Shown in pieces: positions 31,916 through 32,735 of a stretch of 32,735 nucleotides of DNA. Where the stretch lies: the NCBI GenBank assembly GCA_964361085.1, contig CAYHZK010000003.1:1-32735 (forward strand). Reading direction: 5' to 3'. The notes below the pieces were generated by a model, which saw only the letters and a program-made list of their open reading frames with translations, did not search any database and was not told the origin of the DNA. Made by a program: the position numbers and the translations under genes. This DNA comes from an uncultured Planctomycetales bacterium. GTDB lineage: Bacteria > Omnitrophota > Gorgyraeia > Zapsychrales > JANLHA01. Position 1 is the stretch's first letter; each line of letters begins with the position of its first letter.

Positions 31916-32735
31916 ATGCAGAAATATTTTGCTACGATTGCGTTTCTTTGTTTTGTCCTGGTTATCGCGACGTTCTACGCGGTCTTTTATACGCCCTGGC
32001 TGGCCGTTGCGTATTTGCCGGACTTTGTGGGGCGGTATGGGGAGGGCTGGCAGCTTCGCTCGTTGCAGATCGGCGGACAATCTTTTCAGTTTCCTGAAAC
32101 CGTAAAATTTTACCGCCTTTCCGGGGAGCTCCAGAAAGAAGACGCGGTTTACCGTTTTGACATGGCGGAGGCGATCCCTGAGGAAATTTTCTCGCTTTGG
32201 AAGGCCAAGCGTCAGGCGAATGTCACCTGCACCGGGGTCAATATTTCCGGCCAGGATGTCGAGATCAGGCAGGCCAATATGAAAGTGCTGTTGACCGCGT
32301 CCCCGTCGACCGAGTTGGCGATGGACGTGACCGGGCACGCCGCCGCAGTGTTTTTCAGGCGGTATCATTTTCAAAACATCACCGCGCGCCTGAAAACGGA
32401 CAGCAAGCAATGCCAGATTTCAGAACTGACGACGAATCTTTACGGCGGCAGGGCGCAGGGGGAAATCCAGATCAATTTTCAGAACCGCGAGGTTTTCTCC
32501 GCGATCGAGTTTTCCGGCATCAAAAGCGAGACCATGGAAGAGATCAACAAACCGTTTTTTTCCCAGCTCTCGGCCCAGTTCGACGGGTCGCTCCGCCTGA
32601 AAATGACAGGAGACTGGGTTGAAATCCTCGCTCTCCACGCGACCATGCCGAAAGGGAGCAAGCTGCATTTCCGGATGATCAAGGCCATGAGCGCTTATCT
32701 GACGCATGAGGAATCGATCCAAAGCATCGAGTCCA
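31916..32735 (+). CDS. hypothetical N-terminally anchored protein (possible AsmA-like), 3' end beyond window
   Basis: Absent from the ORF track because it has no stop in the window. ATG 31916; my translation stays open to the window end (MQKYFATIAFLCFVLVIATFYAVF...TTNLYGGRAQGEIQINFQN...). The LYGG...G...I motif is reminiscent of the C-terminal regions of AsmA-family proteins. Confidence 0.45.
   Translation, partial: MQKYFATIAFLCFVLVIATFYAVFYTPWLAVAYLPDFVGRYGEGWQLRSLQIGGQSFQFPETVKFYRLSGELQKEDAVYRFDMAEAIPEEIFSLWKAKRQANVTCTGVNISGQDVEIRQANMKVLLTASPSTELAMDVTGHAAAVFFRRYHFQNITARLKTDSKQCQISELTTNLYGGRAQGEIQINFQNREVFSAIEFSGIKSETMEEINKPFFSQLSAQFDGSLRLKMTGDWVEILALHATMPKGSKLHFRMIKAMSAYLTHEESIQSIES

Noticed and set aside
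1-32735. Search by eye for CRISPR arrays, tRNA/rRNA genes, transposases, integrases, toxin-antitoxin pairs or known defence genes.
   Set aside because: None found. The largest intergenic gaps (164, 122, 117 and 107 nt) contain only promoter-like hexamers and short hairpins. There are no regularly spaced repeats or cloverleaf-capable sequences.

Overview
Annotated by eye (motif recognition, hand translation, hand alignment); no searches were run. The 32.7 kb window looks like a chromosomal segment of a diderm bacterium whose taxon I cannot assign. I call 38 protein genes. I found no rRNA, tRNA, CRISPR array, transposase, integrase or recognisable defence gene.

Three blocks:
- (1) 1-9910: an envelope-glycosylation locus. 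It holds two GT-C (ArnT/PMT-like) membrane glycosyltransferases, a GtrB/ArnC/Dpm1-type GT2, a UPF0104 flippase-like protein, two GT4 enzymes and three SAM methyltransferases.
- (2) 9956-18852: housekeeping and envelope genes. These are trxA-panD-def-lipA, a second UPF0104 protein, a NYN/YacP-like protein, an atypically ordered Mla lipid transporter (mlaE, embedded lipoprotein, mlaF, mlaD), an MscS-family channel, yggT, ybaB, a PC4/YdbC-like protein and greA.
- (3) 18915-32735: a second glycosylation region followed by mixed genes. The glycosylation part has a TMTC-like GT-C+TPR protein, a low-GC FkbM methyltransferase, and a GT-C gene transcribed divergently from WbpB-like/WbpD-like/Dpm1-like GT2 genes. 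Then come a zinc-ribbon membrane protein, small lipoproteins, rlmB, an HD-fold protein without the HD dyad, an M48 protease, and a soluble PAS hybrid histidine kinase coupled to a 96-aa membrane protein, plus an Hpt protein.

Most interesting observations:
- A 121-nt element with perfect 15-bp terminal inverted repeats and a 5-bp target-duplication-like flank sits in frame inside the TMTC-like gene (126 nt = 42 codons). This resembles Rickettsia palindromic elements.
- A short dispersed repeat occurs in opposite orientations at 14504 and 29264.
- The gene content suggests one or two Gtr/Arn-like polyprenyl-phosphate-sugar periplasmic glycosylation systems: four GT-C genes, two Dpm1-type GT2 genes and two UPF0104 flippase-like genes in 32 kb.
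- An unknown lipoprotein is embedded in the Mla operon.

All functional assignments are motif-based inference and need HMM or structure searches.
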